Assembly (NCBI GenBank): GCA_964016885.1
Contig: OZ024743.1
Coordinates: 306,962,001 to 307,026,000 of the forward strand
Direction: 5' to 3'
Source: Eledone cirrhosa
Taxonomy: Eukaryota
Length of the DNA stretch: 64,000 nt
Made by a program: the position numbers and the translations under genes. Under the pieces are notes generated by a model. The model was not told where the DNA came from. It did no database searches and saw only the letters and a list, made by a program, of their open reading frames with translations. Every line of letters starts with the position of its first letter. Position 1 is the stretch's first letter. This document shows, piece after piece, positions 26,274 to 37,720 of this stretch.

Positions 26274-26335
26274 ATCAGTGATAATCGATCATGGCTACAC
26301 GATCGATCTATCTCTTATTGAAACATGTGTCGTGA
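26262..26335 (+). ncRNA. Type I hammerhead ribozyme motif
   Basis: TCAC CTGACGA ...stem II with ATCGATC/GATCGAT... GAA ACATGTGT C GTGA, with a GUC site. Confidence 0.7.
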
Positions 26336-26492
26336 TTAAAATGATTGGAAATTTATACCATGCCTTCGGATCTTTATTTTGATACAAATACTCCGTTTTC
26401 ATCATCTAGCTGTTCCCATAAATGGAATTGGAGATATACAAAAGCGTTAATAAAAATTTATTGGACCGTTTGACACAACCAATAATACACCT

Positions 26493-26542
<50 letters not shown>

Positions 26543-26605
26543 TTTTAAATTCCCTTTTTGGCATATTATAAATTATAATCAGTGAGATTTTGGTTATCGT
26601 GTTGA

Positions 26606-26685
26606 GCTCTGCTGATGATCGAATCCAACCGGGACCATCCCCACTGAAAGTTTCGTGAAATAGTCTTTTCAAGACTATACAGAGC
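26606..26685 (+). ncRNA. Type I hammerhead ribozyme motif with a full 8 bp stem III
   Basis: Stem I GCTCTG/CAGAGC, CTGATGA (26612-18), CGAA..TTCG stem II, GAA ATAGTCTT-ttc-AAGACTAT A. Confidence 0.9.
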
Positions 26686-26933
26686 ATTTGTAGTTTTTCC
26701 AAATTGAAGGATGAGTATTTTAAACTTTATTTTTTCATGAGTTAAGGCTCTATTGATTTTTCCCTGAATTTCACTAAATTCTGTTGGATATATATATCCT
26801 GATTCTTTTTGAATTGAGTTTGATTTATTTTTCCCACATCTTACGTTAACTATTTTCCCATTTTGACGCTATAGTCACCTATATATTATGGAATACTGTG
26901 TGCTTCTTGCTCATAATAATTTCGATACTTTTC

Positions 26934-26976
<43 letters not shown>

Positions 26977-27103
26977 AGCAGGAAAAGGGATTGGAAAATA
27001 AAGGGTTTATACATAATATAAATGGGAGAGAAATAGGGAAGAAGCGAATTCTATAATCTTGGCTGGGCGGTATATCTCAATTACATAACATTCCACCTAC
27101 ATA

Positions 27104-27713
27104 ACATTCCACCTACACCCTTGGCTGGACAAGATCGCGAAAGTACTGCCACAGAGAACAGCCAGTGATGCCCGCTGCACCATACATTCCACCTACACCC
27201 TTGGCTGGACAAGATCGCGAAAGTACTGCCACAGAGAACAGCCAGTGATGCCCGCTGCACCATACATTCCACCTACCCTTGGCTGGACAAGATCGCAAAA
27301 GTACTACCACAGAGAACAGCCAGTGATGCCCGCTGCACCATACATTCCACCTACACCCTTGGCTGGACAAGATCGCGAAAGTACTGCCACAGAGAACAGC
27401 CAGTGATGCCCGCTGCACCATACATTCCACCTACACCCTTGGCTGGACAAGATCGCGAAAGTACTGCCACAGAGAACAGCCAGTGATGCCCGCTGCACCA
27501 TACATTCCACCTACACCCTTGGCTGGACAAGATCGCGAAAGTACTGCCACAGAGAACAGCCAGTGATCCCCGCTGCACCATACATTCCACCTACACCCTT
27601 GGCTGGACAAGATCGCGAAAGTACTGCCACAGAGAACAGCCAGTGATGCCCGCTGCACCATACATTCCACCTACCCTTGGCTGGACAAGATCGCGAAAGT
27701 ACTGCCACAGAGA
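27104..27713. repeat. 80 bp tandem repeat, ~7.6 near-identical copies
   Basis: Unit starts ACATTCCACCTACACCCTTGGCTGG at 27104, 27184, 27264, 27342, 27422, 27502, 27582 and 27662. Two units lack 2 bp. Confidence 0.95.
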
Positions 27714-27779
27714 AGAACCAGCAGACAAGCAGACAAACAGGCAGATGAACAGACAGGCAGGCACGCAGGTAGAGAGACT

Positions 27780-27956
27780 CATAGACAGACAGACAGGGAG
27801 GGAGGCAGAAAGTGAGACAGACAGACAGGAAGGCAGAAAGTGAAACAGACAGACAGGAAGGCAGAAAGTGAGACAGACAGACAGGAAGGCAGAAAGTGAG
27901 ACAGACAGACAGACAGACATACAGACAGACAGGAAGGCAGAAAGTGAGACAGACAA
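27780..27956. repeat. (GACA)n-GGAAGGCAGAAAGTGA minisatellite, left flank of Tx1 copy 3
   Basis: The same unit resumes at 33573-33770. Confidence 0.9.
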
Positions 27957-28178
27957 ATTTCTGTTTATTTGCCACTAGGGCACAAAAGAAAGGGACATGT
28001 ACATGGGTGGGGGGAGTTTACATAAAAATCGAGTAAGAAAAATATAACAAACAAAATAATAACAAGAAGGTCCTCAATAGGGAGGGATCGTTTTGGGGTC
28101 ACACACACCCCCGAAAAAAGTGTGCGACCCTTCTCCACGGGAGCACAAAGAGAGGGTGCTCCCTCCTTTCTGTTCCAC

Positions 28179-31100
28179 CTACAGGCTGAGGTAGAGAGAA
28201 GGCCCATTCACACGGGCCATTCTCGCAACTTTCACCCACCTTTCATAAAACTGGCTGGAGTGGAGCACCTCTCTCTCCATCCTGATCCTTCTTCCGAAAT
28301 GGTATCGGAAAAAAAGGACCAGTTGTTGGCCGGAGAGAAAGGTGTCCGACCTCAGCCCTTTTAGACGCGTCCACCATATAGCCTCTTTTACCATGGCTAT
28401 TACACAGAGGAAGACCGCCTCTCCTTCATTTTTGAAGGGGGGAGGCGGCTTGATCGTTACAATGGACTCGGTGGTCAACCTAATTGGTCCCACCCGTGAC
28501 AGCAGTTGTTCAACATAGCCCCACAGATCGGCAACGCCCGGGCAGTGCACCAATGCGTGCGCGACGGTTTCCTCGTCGCGCACGCATCTGGGACAGATCT
28601 TTTTCGAGGGGTCCCTACCCGGGCGCCCGTGTCTGTAGAGCTTATCCCGAACGGGCAGAGCCCCTCGGTAGCACTGCCAGGCCAAGGACTTCTGGAAGTT
28701 GTCCATAGGTCCCGGGCCGAAAGTCCTACCGAATAGACTGGCCAGTTCGTCCTCCTCCGTGCCTAGGGCTTCTCCGAGGGCGTCGTCGCACCCGCTAACC
28801 ACCAGCCCTCTATAGAATGACGAGGTGGAGTCTCCGTCGATAGCCGGGTCCGCCTGCCAGAGAGCCGTGAGCGCCTGGGCACACTCGGTGTGCCAGTCGC
28901 CCAGTTTTCTCGGTCTTTGCTTCACCCAGGACTGCAGCTCGGTGAGCGAGACGAGCCTCGGGAAGGCTCGCCTCACAAACGGGGCCCACACCGGTTGACC
29001 GGTGAGGAATACGTGGAGGTGCCTTAGCCTCAATGCGTGTTTACGCATTTTTAGCCACGGCATCCCCAGCCCTCCTTTCAAAGGGTGTTGACAGCAGATG
29101 GATCTCCTCACTAGAGGAGACCTCTTCTTCCAAAGGAAATAAAAGAGGGCGCGCTCCATTTTGGCGAGGATCTCACCCGGGCAAGGCACGACAGTCAAGC
29201 GGTAATAGATGACGGACGCTATGTAAGCGTTCGCCACCTCCGCCCGACCTTTTAGGGATAGTTTGCACTCGGCCCACTTCTGGGTCAGTGCAAACACCCT
29301 ATTCGTCACCTCACCCCAGTTTTTCTCCACCTGGAGGTCCGGTCCGAACCAGACCCCAAGCAACTTCACCGGGCCCTCCGTCCACCGTCCGACGATACCG
29401 TCGCACGACATCGCTTTGCCCCTCCACTCGCCGAGTTGCAAAGCGACTGACTTGTCCCGGTTCAGCTTAGCCCCTGTCAACCTTTCGTACTCCTCTAGTA
29501 AGGTGCCGATTGCCTCGATTTCCGAGGCGGTCGACACCATTACTGTTACGTCATCGGCGTAGGCCGACACCGCTTTGCGCAATCCCGGTTCCAAAGGGAT
29601 GCCCTGCAACAACTCCAACTTCCGCAGTAATGGCTCGAGAGTCAATACATACAGAAGGGAGGAGAGAAGGCACCCCTGTCGGATGGAGCGGGTGATTTCG
29701 AACGGCTCCGAAAGGTAGCCGTTCACCTTGACTCTAGAGCAGATGCGGCTGCTGTGCATGGCAGTGATCCAGCCCCTGAAAACGGGTCCGAACCCAGCCG
29801 CCGCTAGCACCGCATCCAGGTAACCATGGTCCACCCTATCGAACGCTTTAGACTGATCTAAATTTATCAGGGTCCCACCAAAGCCGGGTTCGTTCCCAAC
29901 CCTCTCTATGATGTATCGCATGAGGTGGAGGTTGTCGTGGATGGACCTGGACGAGATAGCGCATGTCTGCGCATCTCCCACCAGGCCCCCCACGACAAGT
30001 GCCAACCTCTTCGCTAACACCTTCGCCAAAATCTTTAACTCTGCATTTAGCAGAGTTATGGGCCTAAAATTACTAATGTCATCCCCCTTGTTCTCGTCCT
30101 TCCTCACTATCGAGACTACGCCCTTGGTCACAGAACAGGGAATTCTCCCGTTCTCTTGCCAGTTGCAGTAGACCGCCTCGAGGAGATCGGGGAACAAGTC
30201 CGGCATATTAATATATAGTTCGTAGGGCAGACCATCGAGTCCTGGAGATTTGCGTTTGCCGCATAGGCTCAGCACGTCCCCTATTTCAGCAGCTGAGATC
30301 GGCCCGTCGCAGGACCTCGCCTCCCTGTCCGAAAGACGCGGCAGGCCGTCGAGGTATGGACCGAAATCCACATCTCCAACCGGCTCCCCGCCCCTCCCGA
30401 ACAATTGGGCAAAGTGCCTTTGAAAGGCCTCGCACATTTGCTTAGGTTCAAGGATCAGCCGTCCATCCTGGTCTCGCAAAGACCGGATAGTGGATTTAAT
30501 CCCACTTTTCGCTTCTGTCACGCGGGCCCAGCTAACAGCTTTGGTCCCCTCGTTTCCCAGAGCACGTATTTTGCTTCGGACAACGCAGCCTTCGTGTTTC
30601 GCGTCGAAGAACTGGTTCAAGACCGTTCTCGACGCTTGCACTCTGGCCACGTTGCCGCTTCTCATTGCCTCTTCAACATTAACTACCAACTCCCTTTCCT
30701 TCCTATTTCTATCTGAGGCTAACTCCTTACTAACTCCTATTGAAACTACTCTAATCTCTTTTTTTAGAGAGCCCCACCACCTGTTGTTGACGATGGCGCC
30801 CGTCAACTGCTCCTTAACTAAGGTTCTAATCCGGTCCCTGTAAGCTCTACTTGCCGGTAAGGACAAGTTGAGCTTCCAGTAACCGGGCCCCTGCCTATGC
30901 GTTCTATCAAGGTGGACTACGCAGGTCACTAACTTGTGGTCTGAATAGCCCACCATGAGCATTTCTGGACAACTTAAAAAGTCCCTATCCTTAATTCTAA
31001 CTAAGAACCTATCTAGGTACGATCTAGATTGACCACTGTTATTTGACCAGGTCCAGGTTGGTACAGTCGGAAAATCTAGTCGGTATCTATCGGCCAGGTC

Positions 31101-31616
31101 GAATCGGCCGATTAACCCCTTAAGGCTGTTACACCCCCCTCTATCGGGACATGCCCCTACATAGTCCCAACGTGCATCTAGGATACCATTCCAGTCCCCC
31201 ACTAAAAGCAAGGAGCGGGACGTCCCTAGAAAAGTCTCCAGACGATGGAAGAAGTCCGACCGCATTGCCCCAAAAGGGGCGTATACGGCGACAAGCCTAA
31301 AAGCTTCGCCTTCGCCATTGCCAAGGTCCAGAACCACGAGTCGACCCTCCGGGTCAAAGTGTACCGTCTGTGTAGCGAGACCCAGATGTTTTTGCAGCAG
31401 AACGACAACCCCACCCCCACCTCCGGGCTGACAGAGAGATGCGTGCATCTCAAAGTCATCAAAGGTGGGGGTTAGCTGTCGCATGCTGCTGATCCGGGCC
31501 TCGCAAATAACCATCACATTTACACATTGTGACCTGAGGTCACTTAGAAGTTTAGCTTGCTTCCAAGGTGAGCCCAGGCCACGCGCATTTAGACAACCCA
31601 CTCTTAAGACAGCCAT
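28179..31616 (-). CDS. LINE ORF2: APE endonuclease, RT and C-terminal Cys/His motif
   Basis: GCLNARG, GDWN, YLDR, SDH, PGYWKLN, NFRPITLLN, DQSKAFDRVDH, AYADD, GGLG, CPRC...HALVHC. Confidence 0.95.
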   Translation of the reverse strand: MAVLRVGCLNARGLGSPWKQAKLLSDLRSQCVNVMVICEARISSMRQLTPTFDDFEMHASLCQPGGGGGVVVLLQKHLGLATQTVHFDPEGRLVVLDLGNGEGEAFRLVAVYAPFGAMRSDFFHRLETFLGTSRSLLLVGDWNGILDARWDYVGACPDRGGCNSLKGLIGRFDLADRYRLDFPTVPTWTWSNNSGQSRSYLDRFLVRIKDRDFLSCPEMLMVGYSDHKLVTCVVHLDRTHRQGPGYWKLNLSLPASRAYRDRIRTLVKEQLTGAIVNNRWWGSLKKEIRVVSIGVSKELASDRNRKERELVVNVEEAMRSGNVARVQASRTVLNQFFDAKHEGCVVRSKIRALGNEGTKAVSWARVTEAKSGIKSTIRSLRDQDGRLILEPKQMCEAFQRHFAQLFGRGGEPVGDVDFGPYLDGLPRLSDREARSCDGPISAAEIGDVLSLCGKRKSPGLDGLPYELYINMPDLFPDLLEAVYCNWQENGRIPCSVTKGVVSIVRKDENKGDDISNFRPITLLNAELKILAKVLAKRLALVVGGLVGDAQTCAISSRSIHDNLHLMRYIIERVGNEPGFGGTLINLDQSKAFDRVDHGYLDAVLAAAGFGPVFRGWITAMHSSRICSRVKVNGYLSEPFEITRSIRQGCLLSSLLYVLTLEPLLRKLELLQGIPLEPGLRKAVSAYADDVTVMVSTASEIEAIGTLLEEYERLTGAKLNRDKSVALQLGEWRGKAMSCDGIVGRWTEGPVKLLGVWFGPDLQVEKNWGEVTNRVFALTQKWAECKLSLKGRAEVANAYIASVIYYRLTVVPCPGEILAKMERALFYFLWKKRSPLVRRSICCQHPLKGGLGMPWLKMRKHALRLRHLHVFLTGQPVWAPFVRRAFPRLVSLTELQSWVKQRPRKLGDWHTECAQALTALWQADPAIDGDSTSSFYRGLVVSGCDDALGEALGTEEDELASLFGRTFGPGPMDNFQKSLAWQCYRGALPVRDKLYRHGRPGRDPSKKICPRCVRDEETVAHALVHCPGVADLWGYVEQLLSRVGPIRLTTESIVTIKPPPPFKNEGEAVFLCVIAMVKEAIWWTRLKGLRSDTFLSGQQLVLFFRYHFGRRIRMEREVLHSSQFYERWVKVARMARVNGPSLYLSL

Positions 31617-31639
31617 GTTGGTGGCAAAGAAAGAGGCAC

Positions 31640-33397
31640 TTACCTCTCTGCGTCCCGGGGTTCGGGTCGCTCAGTTTCCATGGGGCTGGTGGCGGGGTTG
31701 ATGGGTGGGGTGGTGGTTTGTGGTGGTGTGGGGGTATTGGTGTGTGGAGGGGTTGGGATCTTTGGAGTTGTGTGGGTGTTTGAGGAGGGGAGGGGAAAAC
31801 CTTTCAGGAGGACGCGGTTGAGTGGCCTGGTGCAGGGTGGGCCCACGTCCTCAGGGTACATGTCTTTTAAAGTTTTAAAAATGTCAAGTGGGATTTTCAC
31901 CATTTTCAGGTTAGGGAGCCCCATTGCCGTTACGAAATTCGGCCCTTCGGTTTGTATCGAAGGGTTGGTTTCTATTTTTAAAGTTAGGTTTTCATTGTTT
32001 TTGTTTATGTATGTGTAGAGTTTTTGTGTTGTTGTGTTTGTTTTTGCTTGTTGTTGTTGAGTGAGTTTGCGTTTTATTGTCTGTGTTGTGTTGTCAGGTG
32101 GGGTTATTTTTGTTGTTGTGGTGTGTGTACGTTTTTTTCTTTTCACTTTTTGGAAGGGAGCCCCCTCGTCTTCCGACGATATGAGCTCCTCTTCCGTATT
32201 GGAGGGGAGGGGTATATCTCCGGGTTGTGTATGAACTGTTTTTGTATTTGTGTTCTGTGGGGTGGGGCTGGGTGGGACCGTGTTTTGGGTTGTTTTCTTG
32301 AGCTGTTGTTGATGTTGTTGTTGTTGTTGTTGTGGTGGTGGTGGTGTTGTTGGTTTTTGTTGTTCTGGTGGAGATGGTAGTGTATTTTGTTGTTTTTGTG
32401 ATGGTGGTGCTGGTTGTTTTTGTTGTTGTTGTGGTGTTTGTAGCAGTGGTTTTTTAGTTGTTAGTAGAGGGCAGGCCGTCCTCAGGTGACCTCTGCCAGC
32501 GCAGTGGTAACATGAGGGTCTCCTGCCTTCCACTGTGATATTTATGTAGGTTCGCCCATCCAGTAGCACTCGGTCGGGTATTCCGGAGATTCTCTCAGGT
32601 GTCATCTGTAAGAGAACCTCCAGACTTTTCCCCCCGAACAGTCCACTGGTGGACTCCCCTGCTGAAATTAGTATGTCCTTATCTAGGTCGGTAAATCCTG
32701 TTAGGACGGACCAGATGTTAATTTCTGGCGTAGGGCTCCACATTCTTATCCTTTGTGTTCTTCTTCCTTTATATGTGGGGAAGAAGGTGTATTGTGGTGA
32801 CACTATAGGTGCCACCGAATATTTCTGAGCCAGCATTTCGTCCTTCATTCGGACCATAATGCTGGCATACAGCTTTCCTCTTTGAATAAAGAGTATGTCA
32901 TTTTTAATTTCTTTCAGAACCAGCTCGATTTGACTTTCGGTCAATTGCGCTGGCTTTCTCGTTTCGTTGGTTATGGTTCTGTAGCTTACGGTATTCTTGT
33001 AAATCTGTTCACGCACTTCTTCTGGGGAGTTGATCGTAAAAGAACCATCCTCCCCAAAAGATACGTATTTTCTAGCCTCTAGCAAATTTTCCTTGGCGTT
33101 CGTGATGTCAATGGCTTTGTATTCCGTGGCTCTCCTGAGTGTTTGGGCAAAAGAAATTTTGTCTTTGTTTGTTGTTGTAATGTTGTTGGTTTCCTTATTT
33201 GTGGTGTTATTTTTCTCTTGAAAATTAATTTTTTCATTTGAATTGAAATTCTTTTTTTCATTGGAGAGGAGGGGTTGTTCAACAGTTTGAACTGTTGTTC
33301 CCTCTTTCCCGCTTGTTTTTTTGGTCGGCGTGGCGTTCGCTTCCAATATGGCGATATCGTTTTCGACGATATCGTTATCAACGATATCGATAAACAT
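31640..33397 (-). CDS. LINE ORF1 (gag-like) with CCHC zinc knuckle and Q/P/T-rich region
   Basis: CYHCAGRGHLRTAC (CX2CX4HX4C). The ORF is open for 585 aa and ends 23 nt before the ORF2 ATG. Confidence 0.9.
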   Translation of the reverse strand: MFIDIVDNDIVENDIAILEANATPTKKTSGKEGTTVQTVEQPLLSNEKKNFNSNEKINFQEKNNTTNKETNNITTTNKDKISFAQTLRRATEYKAIDITNAKENLLEARKYVSFGEDGSFTINSPEEVREQIYKNTVSYRTITNETRKPAQLTESQIELVLKEIKNDILFIQRGKLYASIMVRMKDEMLAQKYSVAPIVSPQYTFFPTYKGRRTQRIRMWSPTPEINIWSVLTGFTDLDKDILISAGESTSGLFGGKSLEVLLQMTPERISGIPDRVLLDGRTYINITVEGRRPSCYHCAGRGHLRTACPLLTTKKPLLQTPQQQQKQPAPPSQKQQNTLPSPPEQQKPTTPPPPQQQQQQHQQQLKKTTQNTVPPSPTPQNTNTKTVHTQPGDIPLPSNTEEELISSEDEGAPFQKVKRKKRTHTTTTKITPPDNTTQTIKRKLTQQQQAKTNTTTQKLYTYINKNNENLTLKIETNPSIQTEGPNFVTAMGLPNLKMVKIPLDIFKTLKDMYPEDVGPPCTRPLNRVLLKGFPLPSSNTHTTPKIPTPPHTNTPTPPQTTTPPINPATSPMETERPEPRDAER

Positions 33398-33572
33398 TTC
33401 TGAAATATTTATTTTTCACCCCAAAAGGGGTGAAAATATATTTACCCGACGTCTAGAGTCCCAGACTAGGGGTTACAGTTAATTATACAAAAGAATTCAA
33501 AAAATTCCACTCACAAAATTAGCAGGTAAAAATCCAAATCACAGAGCGATATGACACACGTCTACTATCCTC

Positions 33573-33770
33573 AGACAGAGAGACAGACAGACAGACATAC
33601 AGACAGACAGGAAGGCAGAAAGTGAGACAGACAGACAGGAAGTCAGAAAGTGAAACAGACAGACAGACAGACATACATACATACAGACAGGAAGGCAGAA
33701 AGTGAGACAGACAGACATACAGACAGACAGGAAGGCAGAAAGTGAGACTGACAGACAGACAGACAGACAA
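33573..33770. repeat. (GACA)n-GGAAGGCAGAAAGTGA minisatellite, right flank
   Basis: Same unit as 27780-27956. Confidence 0.9.
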
Positions 33771-33794
33771 ACATCTCATCTGCTGGCCTTCAAT

Positions 33795-33982
33795 ATAATT
33801 GTTTCTACTTTTGGCACAAGGCCAGCAATTACCCAGTGTATTACTGGTACTTTATTTTATCGACCCCGTAAGGATGAAAGGCAAAGTTAACCTCGGCGGG
33901 ATTTGAACTCAGAATGGCAAGGGCCGTAACTCTATGCATCAAAGCATGGCGTCAGACCCTCTACCGATACTGCCAATCCACG
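33795..33982 (-). mobile_element. tRNA-derived SINE
   Basis: Reverse-complement homolog of 58906-59095 (A box, B box, CTTTCATCCTTACGGGGTCGATAAAAT core). Confidence 0.85.
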
Positions 33983-33999
33983 TCACAAAGTGTGTTAGT

Positions 34000-34800
34000 G
34001 CAGTGTATGTATGAATGTGTGTGTATATGTGTATATGCGTGATCTTATGTGTATGTATGTGTATATGTGTGTATGTGTGTATATGTGTGTATATGTCTGT
34101 GTATGTGTATGTGTATATGTGTGTATATGTGTGTATGTGTGTGCATGTATATGTATGTGTGCCTGTGTATGTATGCGTGTGTATCTATGTGCATGTGTGT
34201 GTGTATGTGCGCGTATGTGTTTGTATATGTATGTACGCGTATATATGTATGTATGTATGTATGTATATGTGTATGTCTGTGTATGTGTGTATGCATATAT
34301 ATGTGTGTATGCGTGTGTATGTATATGTGTCTGTGTGTATGTATGTGTGTATGCATGTGTGTATGTGTAAGTATATGTGAGTATAAGTGTGTATATGTGT
34401 GTGTGTGTGTATGTGTAAGTATATGTGTGTGTATGTGTGTATAAGTATGTGTATCTGTGTCTGTGTGTGTATGTCAGTGTATATTCATGAGTCTGTTATT
34501 ATTACGGCAATTGTTATAAACTGTTTTATGAAATATTCAAGTGTGAAAATGCTGAGATGAGATTGTACTTGTGTGAGTTAGTGTGTGAGTTAGTGTGTGT
34601 GTATGTGTGTATATGTGTGTCTGTGTGTGTGTCTGTGTGTGTTTGTGTCTGTGTCTGTGTGTGTGTTTGTGCGTGTGTGCGTGTGTGTGCGTGTGCGTGC
34701 TTGTGTGTGTTAGTATGTGTCTGAGTGTGTGTGTTTGTATTTGTCTGCGTATACCGATGTTTACGCGTATGTGTATATATGTATATATATATATATATAA
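34000..34800. repeat. Degenerate (TG/TA)n microsatellite field
   Basis: Direct inspection. Confidence 0.9.
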
Positions 34801-34915
34801 GTTATTCCGGGTTCAATCGTGAGTAACCACAGTAAGTAAGGTACTCAATACATAGCAGAGTATAAATGTTTTAATATAGAAAAGCTTCTACAGGACTAGA
34901 ACTGTTTCATTCATG

Positions 34916-34916
<1 letters not shown>
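34801..34916 (-). mobile_element. Family B mini-element in (TA)n, with a rearranged copy at 35862-35947
   Basis: Minus strand reads GAAAC-agttcta-GTC CTGTAG...GAGTACCT...GATTGAACCCGGAATAAC. The second copy has the same two blocks in opposite orientations. Confidence 0.6.
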
Positions 34917-34942
<26 letters not shown>

Positions 34943-34946
<4 letters not shown>

Positions 34947-35127
34947 AGGAAGTGTGGTAAGGAACCAGGTGGACCATAACGCACCAGAGTACTCAATACT
35001 TAGGGTAGTAGAGTGGGTAATAAGAAAATGTTAACCCCGAGGGTAGAGCTCAAACCGTTTCGACGGCTATTTCTGAAATAGCTGTTGAAACGGCTTGAGC
35101 TTTGCCGTCGGGGTTAAACATTTTCCT
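34943..35127 (-). mobile_element. Family A mini-element copy 6
   Basis: Centre GGCTATTTC-t-GAAATAGCT, arms GAAAATGTTAACCCC/GGGGTTAAACATTTTC, (TA)n flanks. Confidence 0.82.
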
Positions 35128-35133
35128 ATATAA

Positions 35134-35319
<186 letters not shown>

Positions 35320-35608
35320 ATATATATGTGTGTGTACGTATGTGAGTGTATGTACGTTTGAGTATGCGGATATGTCGATGTGTGTGTATGTGTATGCATG
35401 TGTATGTGTGTGGTGTGTGTGTTGTTTTTTTATACCTGACCAGCATTAACACGTCTGAACCTGTCTGGTTCCTTGTTGAGGAACAAAAACCGATTGATTG
35501 TATTGATTTCATAGATTGGCGATAATCAAAATTAAAGTAGCCTCTTTAACGGCTTGAAGAGAAAAAGAAATGTAAATGCGCACCCGAATATACACACACA
35601 CACTGCTG

Positions 35609-35652
<44 letters not shown>

Positions 35653-35654
<2 letters not shown>

Positions 35655-35829
35655 CGAAGGAAATGTGGTAAGGAACCAGGTGGACCATAACGCACCAAAG
35701 TACTCAATACTTGAGGTAGTAGAGTGGGTAATAGGAACCAGTAAGACCCCGACAGCTGAGCTCAAGCCGTTTCGACGGCGAATTAGCCGTCGAAACGGCT
35801 TGAGCTCAGCTGTCGGGGTCTTACTGGTT

Positions 35830-35832
<3 letters not shown>
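35653..35832 (-). mobile_element. Family A mini-element copy 7
   Basis: Arms GGAACCAGTAAGACCCC/GGGGTCTTACTGGTTCC, centre GGCGAATTAGCC, (TA)n flanks. Confidence 0.85.
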
Positions 35833-35867
<35 letters not shown>

Positions 35868-35946
35868 AAATGGCTTCTACAGAACTAGAACTGTTTTATT
35901 CGGGAGTAATCACTGTGGTTATCCCCGATTGAACCCGGGATAAACT

Positions 35947-36024
<78 letters not shown>

Positions 36025-36072
36025 CATATATATATATATGTATATACATATATATATATATATATGTGTATG

Positions 36073-36106
<34 letters not shown>

Positions 36107-37439
36107 TATATATACACATACATATATGTATATATACATACATATACGCATATATACATACATATATACATACATATATATACATATACATACATATATA
36201 TATATACATACATATATATATATATATATTCATACATTGTAGAATAAAAGAGGAGAATATGGGTAAGAGAGAGAAGATAAGAAATCTATAAGCAAATCGG
36301 CAAAGGCTTCAGTGTAATTATATAACCGATTCGTTTTATTGACTTTTTGCTTGATATGGATGACAGCCGTGTTAAATGCAAACTACTGTTTAAGAGGACA
36401 AAGAGAGATAGAAAATAAAATAAAATATAAAATCAGGAAGCTAGCAAACGATTCCTCATCGCACGAAGGTTTGCGTGCTGCCAGCGTTTTCTGCGCTGAT
36501 TTCTATTCATTTTGTTCTAGACGTGTGCAAACACGATAATGTCTTTGATATTATTGGATTTTTTGTTTAGTTTACTTTAATTGAGTTTAGTGTGGAGGAG
36601 CAACAGAAACGGTTGCGCATCGGACATAGACTTAAAATGATACATGTTTGATTCTAGCCACTCGTATTAATCCAATCCATATACTTCTCACTCCCGTTGG
36701 AGGAACCCCTTCCTGGTTGACCTCCACCACTTTCTCTTTGGTTTTGGTAAGGTCAGGGCTGTTGCCGTACTCACCTTGTTTAACTAATTGCGGGTTGGTG
36801 AGTCTATTTAACCCTTAGTTGGGGTGGATTGCCGTTGACTCTAAGGAATTCATCCCCCCTTTTAACTGTTCGTGTTTTTGGTGCTACTAGGGTTCTACTT
36901 ACCCTCCTCACCAGATCCTGGTGGGTGAGCCGGTTCAGTCACCGACCACTCGACCGTAAAACAGCTTGTACTGGGTTACACGGTACCAGTAGTCGGCAGA
37001 AGCCTGACCTGACTATAACTCGCCCTCAACTAGAATGTAATTCTGGTAAAATACTGCTTTAATTCTTACAGTGGCGGTACGTGACCTAGTGGTTAGGGTT
37101 TGGGCTCACGATCGCAAAGTAATAGGTTCAGTTTCTGGACCGAACAACGCTTCATTTCAAGTTTTTGTGTTCATTCAGACAAATATGACTACCAACAACA
37201 GTTAGGGGATATCATCAATGTAACTGAGTTAAGCTCCAATCTGATGAATCTCTGGGCTTGCAATAGATTTTAACTTTGGTTCTTTTTCTCTGTATTCTGA
37301 CATTCTGGATTCAATTCCTTTTATGTTCCACTACAGCCATTTTGGTGTTTTTTATCATTGAAAAAATGATTGGGCGCCATTTTCAATTCCAGTTTATAGT
37401 TGTTTCATTTTTCTTAAGTAAATGATGTTGAGAAAGTAT

Positions 37440-37720
37440 CTAAAGTACACGAACCTGGAGGTTCATCAGGTTGGTACCTATCTCAGTTTCTGTGGCGTTA
37501 AGTGACTGAGAGTACATGACTTCCCCCTGGACAGGACACCAGTCCATCGCTGGGTGAAACTTCCAGCTGTTGCTGGTACTCATTTTCAACTGAGTATACT
37601 AAAGAAACGTGAAATGAAGTTTTTTGCTCAAGAATACAACATACAACCCAATTCAGGAATTGAACCCACGGCGTTTTGATCGTAAGTCCAACATACTTAC
37701 CACTAGGCCACACAGGGGGC
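37440..37720 (-). mobile_element. tRNA-derived SINE of a second family
   Basis: Minus strand has TGGCCTAGTGG (A box) and GGTTCAATTCC (B box), then CTTGAGCAA..., AATGAGTACC and GCGATGGACTGGTGTCCTGTCCAGGGG core blocks. Confidence 0.75.

Larger units (their letters stand above)
27957..33572 (-). mobile_element. Full-length L1/Tx1-clade LINE copy 3 with open ORF1 and ORF2
   Basis: 5' end GAGGATAGTAGACGTGTG..CGCTC, 585 aa ORF1, 1145 aa ORF2, and a 3' end GTGGCAAATAAACAGAAATT with no poly-A. It interrupts a (TGTC)n minisatellite. Confidence 0.95.

Noticed and set aside
27104-27713. 80 bp array as a CRISPR array or tandem hammerhead repeat
   Set aside because: Units are identical throughout with no unique spacers, there are no cas genes and the context is eukaryotic. 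It has GAAA but no CTGAnGA box.
37234-37283. CTGATGA followed by a short hairpin
   Set aside because: No GAAA box and no stem I.
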